Assembly: GCA_964016885.1 (NCBI GenBank)
Contig: OZ024759.1
Location: 14,260,001-14,324,000 of the forward strand
From: Eledone cirrhosa
Lineage: Eukaryota
Direction: 5' to 3'
Length of the DNA: 64,000 bases
Every line of letters begins with the position of its first letter. Position 1 is the first letter of the stretch. The translations under genes were made by a program, and so were the position numbers. Below the pieces are notes generated by a model, which was not told the DNA's origin, did no database searches, and was given only the letters and a program-made list of their open reading frames with translations. Below, one piece after another: positions 60,420 through 64,000 of the stretch.

Positions 60420-62563
60420 GCCACCTTCCTGGTGGCAAAGTTGTAAAAGAAAAAAAATTGTCATCACTTGAGTCGCAAGAATATTTTGCAAATTTTGAAG
60501 GTGCCAGCTATCGCAGCCATTTGTATTCTACGAATTAGGGAGCTGCGCTCTTTGTCCACATATCCAAGTTCAGTTATACTTTGGTCCAAAAGGGTTGGTA
60601 TATAACCTGTAGCTCCAATGATGATGGGTATGAAGCTGAAGGTGTGTCTTGGATACTGGATTTGCAAACTCCTTATCAATGGTCTGTAGATGTCCTCCTC
60701 TTGTATTTTTCTTACAACGTTGACATCAAGTGGGCAGCTTATCTCTATAACAGAGTACGTTTTCAATGTATAGTCCCAAACAACAATATCAGGCCGGTTG
60801 TGCTTTAATTTGGTGGAAGTTTTTATTTTAAGGTCCCACAAGTATTCTTTAGTGCCATCTATCTTGTTGATGGTACATATTCCTCCTCATTTGTTTTTAA
60901 TTTTGTTTTACTAAGTGCTAGATGGTTCTAGCTATCACATCGTGTCTCATAGGGAGGTAGTAGCGAGACGACATTCTTTCGCAGTTGGCAATAATGAGGC
61001 TAACATCTTCGATCTTTGTTTTATATAGCCTACATTTATTGTCGACTGATGGTCCTCCTATTTTGTGTAGCTGATATTTGGTAGGGATTTCGTGTTCCTG
61101 TATTGCATAGAGATATCCTTCAAGGTGGGATGTCAAACTTGTCGGAACTCGATTCCAAGCTTTTTGAATGATTTATCCCCTCTATGGTCTGTGTTTTTCG
61201 TTTCAGGTACCCATGTACAACTTTCTCTGTAAATTGGTCCATTTCTTTTATCTTGTATCATTTTATTTGTTAGTAAGTGATCTATGCAACCCCACACCTC
61301 CTTCTTTCCACCAGCTTGCTCAGGTGTTATAATTTTGTTGATGGTACAATGATCCTGTAAGAACAGATTAAGGCACCCATGGTATAATTTATACATGATA
61401 ATCTGGCAGGCTACTGGGCGGTAATTTTTAGCAAGGGTGGTCTGGCTATTTTGGGGGATGAGGAGAGTAGTGGCAGTTGATAACCATTGGGGCAGTTCTT
61501 GTGTGCCTTTGGTGGTTTCTCTAAACAGCCGTATGAGATCTTGCCGATAGGTGAAATTCTTCAGCCAGTATCCTATTATGATGTCTGGGCCTGGTGATTT
61601 CCTATTCGATATTTTCTGCAGAGCTGTTTCCAGTATTGACCCATCTATGTCATATTGTTTTGTCTGGACATGCTGGCAGTAATCCTGTTCCAGTTCATTT
61701 AGCCATTTAATTTGGTAAATCCGTCATTCGTTTCCCATACAGATCTCCAGTAGCTCTCAACCTGTTCTTTTGTAGGGGTGTCATTTACAGAGATTGAGCT
61801 TTTCCCATTGAAGCTGCGACAAACTGATTTAGGATCGCTGGTAAATAATCTATTTAGCACTTGCCGTTTATGTGCTGTTGACTTATATTTTAGTTTATCT
61901 GCTGCAGCTGTGAGTTGTTGTTTCAACTGGTGTAGTTTGGAGTTTAGAGTTTTAAATCTTGTATCTCCAAATCGCCTCTCTAGTTATTTTCTTACGTCTT
62001 CCTGGTGTCGTATGAAGTTGCTCCCTATGTTGCATTTTATAATTTAAGTGATCTGTACGATATTTCGTCTCAGGGACAAAATTTTGTTTTTTAAATTACT
62101 CATCCATGCTGGTTCAGGCTTTCTGTTTATATCTTGGTTGCGTGGCTTTAGTTGTTTATGATAGGATTGCAATGTGATAGCTGAAACATATAACAAAATA
62201 TTAAGCAATTCATGTCGTTCCAACATCTTTGGATCGTGTGGCCTTCAGATAATTGTCAGCTATTTCGTTCACTGCTTCCAATTCCATTTTAGTGGGTTAT
62301 TTACTGATTCTGGTGTTGTATGGTCTATTACTCACATTAAGGCTGTATATCTCTTGAAACATATCCTCCTATATCACTTGTAATGTGTCCACAAGTTTTT
62401 GGCGTTCTGTTTGTACAGTAGAATTATGAATTTCAGCTACGTTGTTGGTGTGCTGTTTACTGCTAGATTCAGCTGACCATTCTCTCTGTCTGTCAATGGA
62501 AGTGGAATGATTTTCTTTTTGCTGTTTGGAACCTAATTTTGATTCATAATTTTCAAGGTTCAT
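60420..62563 (-). mobile_element. R4/Dong-like family B retrotransposon, internally deleted and degenerate
   Basis: KSPGPD, NYRPVAC, EQAGGKK (RT start), then a jump to AIQEHEI, CRL, RYYLPMRHD, HNRPDIVVWD, EISCP, IIIGATG (RLE). Confidence 0.85.
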
Positions 62564-63315
62564 TTATTCTAAGCAGACAAATAATAATACATACGGGAAT
62601 CGCAAACACAAGGTTCTAAAAACCTTCGCTAAGTACGAACCATTACCTCCCCACAGACAACTGACGCTGCACACCAGGTCCGAACTCGGAAGAGCCCAAC
62701 TCCTACTGCCATCGCCTCCATCTCTTTCGCCCTCACCATCTCTCTGTATTATGAGCAAATGAGCTCCCACGTGCTGGACGCCCCATGGTCTCGGCAGACA
62801 GAATGGAGAAGGTGTTTCCCCGGAGGATGGTAAGGGAGAAGCGCTGGAAGAGCCATTCCATCTCGTGAGGCTCACACCTGCGGTTAGCCAGCTCAGCGCC
62901 AATGGTGGTATGTAGGGAGGTAGCCCTAGTGCTCAGGACACCAGAAGTATCCACTGCTATGTGCACGACCGCAAACCTGTCGGAGAGCGACCGATACTTG
63001 GAGAGTTTGTCCTCCTCAGTCCGAAGTGCAGCAGAACATGGATTAGTCGCAGACTGCACCAGGTTGCGACTGGAGAAAGTGTCGCTGCAAGTGGTACCCC
63101 AGACGAAGGGTTTGCCACCGCGGAACGGGAAGATGGTCATACCATCTGGCCTTTTGCCGTCCCCTCGGTCAAGCCCCACCGGCTCGAGCTGGGAGGGGAA
63201 GCCTGCAGCATCCAAGCGATGCTTTATGACCTCGTTGAGGGCGGCATGGCGTGGAAGGCGGCCGGCACTGTAGCGACAGGAAAGCGGGTGGAGGCCGAAA
63301 GAGTCCACGGTGGAT
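62562..63315 (-). mobile_element. CRE-clade retrotransposon 3' part (RLE domain)
   Basis: RHAALN...EPVGLDRGDGKRPDGMT...TCSDT...KLSKY...QRFSLTILRGN; 3'UTR ends in AATAAA. Confidence 0.8.
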
Positions 63316-64000
63316 CAAAATACACGATGATCTTTAAAAGTTTCGACAAAGTTTTGTTAGAATTAAATTTAAAGTTGTTCACAGCTTCGGTAATATTTCC
63401 TTTCAGCTAGTTTTTAATTCTACAACTATTTTAAACGTTCATATTTAGCGTTTTCTACTTTTTTTTGTGAATCGTTTTGTAACGTTACTTAGATTTTAAC
63501 ATACAACGCTCTATTTATATGTTAAAATCTATGTAACGTTTATATGTTAAAATCTATGTAATGTTCATATAAATAGATGTGTGGCAATATATTTACAGTT
63601 CAAACACTTATGTAGAAATATTGTATGTAATCTTACCGCAATATGTGGCTCAACCTTTCCAATATATGGTATGTTATCTTCGTATAAGTCGTAATTACAT
63701 GCGTCCAATCATCGGACTGACCTCAACGGTCGCCATTATGTATGTATGTATGTATGTATGTTTGTATGTATGTATGTATGCATGTATGTATGTATGTATG
63801 TTATGTCAGGTCGCTCTCGAGTGCTACTGGTAACATGTAACCCAGTACAAGCTGTCACATGGTCGGGTCAGCGGGGACTAAACCGGCAATCCCAACAAGC
63901 CTGCTTGGTGAGGAGGGTGATATTTGGACACCCTTCGGGATGAAATACAACACGCTGCGAAGGGTGGAGGAACTCAACAGAGTCAACGGCCATCCAAATA

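Noticed and set aside
63804-64000. HDV-like ribozyme at the 5' end of the TATG-associated element
   Set aside because: Plausible for RTE 5' ends in general, but I could not trace the nested double pseudoknot by eye.

Overview
AT-rich, microsatellite-saturated animal DNA. The SINE/LINE repertoire looks like an octopod cephalopod, which is an inference from remembered repeat families. The window holds one clear host gene: a + strand PRDM4 orthologue. I could thread nine GT-AG coding exons in frame from ATG 17510 to TAA 39234 (3060 nt, 1019 aa: low-complexity N-terminus, zinc knuckle, PR/SET domain, six C2H2 fingers plus a C2HC finger, poly-Asp tail). A candidate 5' exon ends at 14845. The rest is mostly mobile DNA: several RTE-clade LINE families (one with a PHD-like finger inside the RT region), Tx1-like LINE 3' ends always embedded in (TATC)n, R4/Dong-like RLE elements associated with (CATA)n, a CRE-like element, a Penelope GIY-YIG remnant, a Buster-type hAT remnant, MITEs, a Helitron-like element and many tRNA-derived SINEs. 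Less expected signals: about a dozen hammerhead-ribozyme motifs of several families (at least one with an intact core); apparent partitioning of retroelement families among different microsatellites; complementary ACC and GGT tracts bracketing PRDM4 exons 2-4 (circRNA/skipping architecture); a candidate spliced uORF overlapping the PRDM4 start codon; intronic fold-backs; and a CRISPR-looking minisatellite that is not a CRISPR. Nearly all long ORFs in the supplied track outside these features are simple-repeat artefacts. No database search or folding program was run; family names come from motif recognition.
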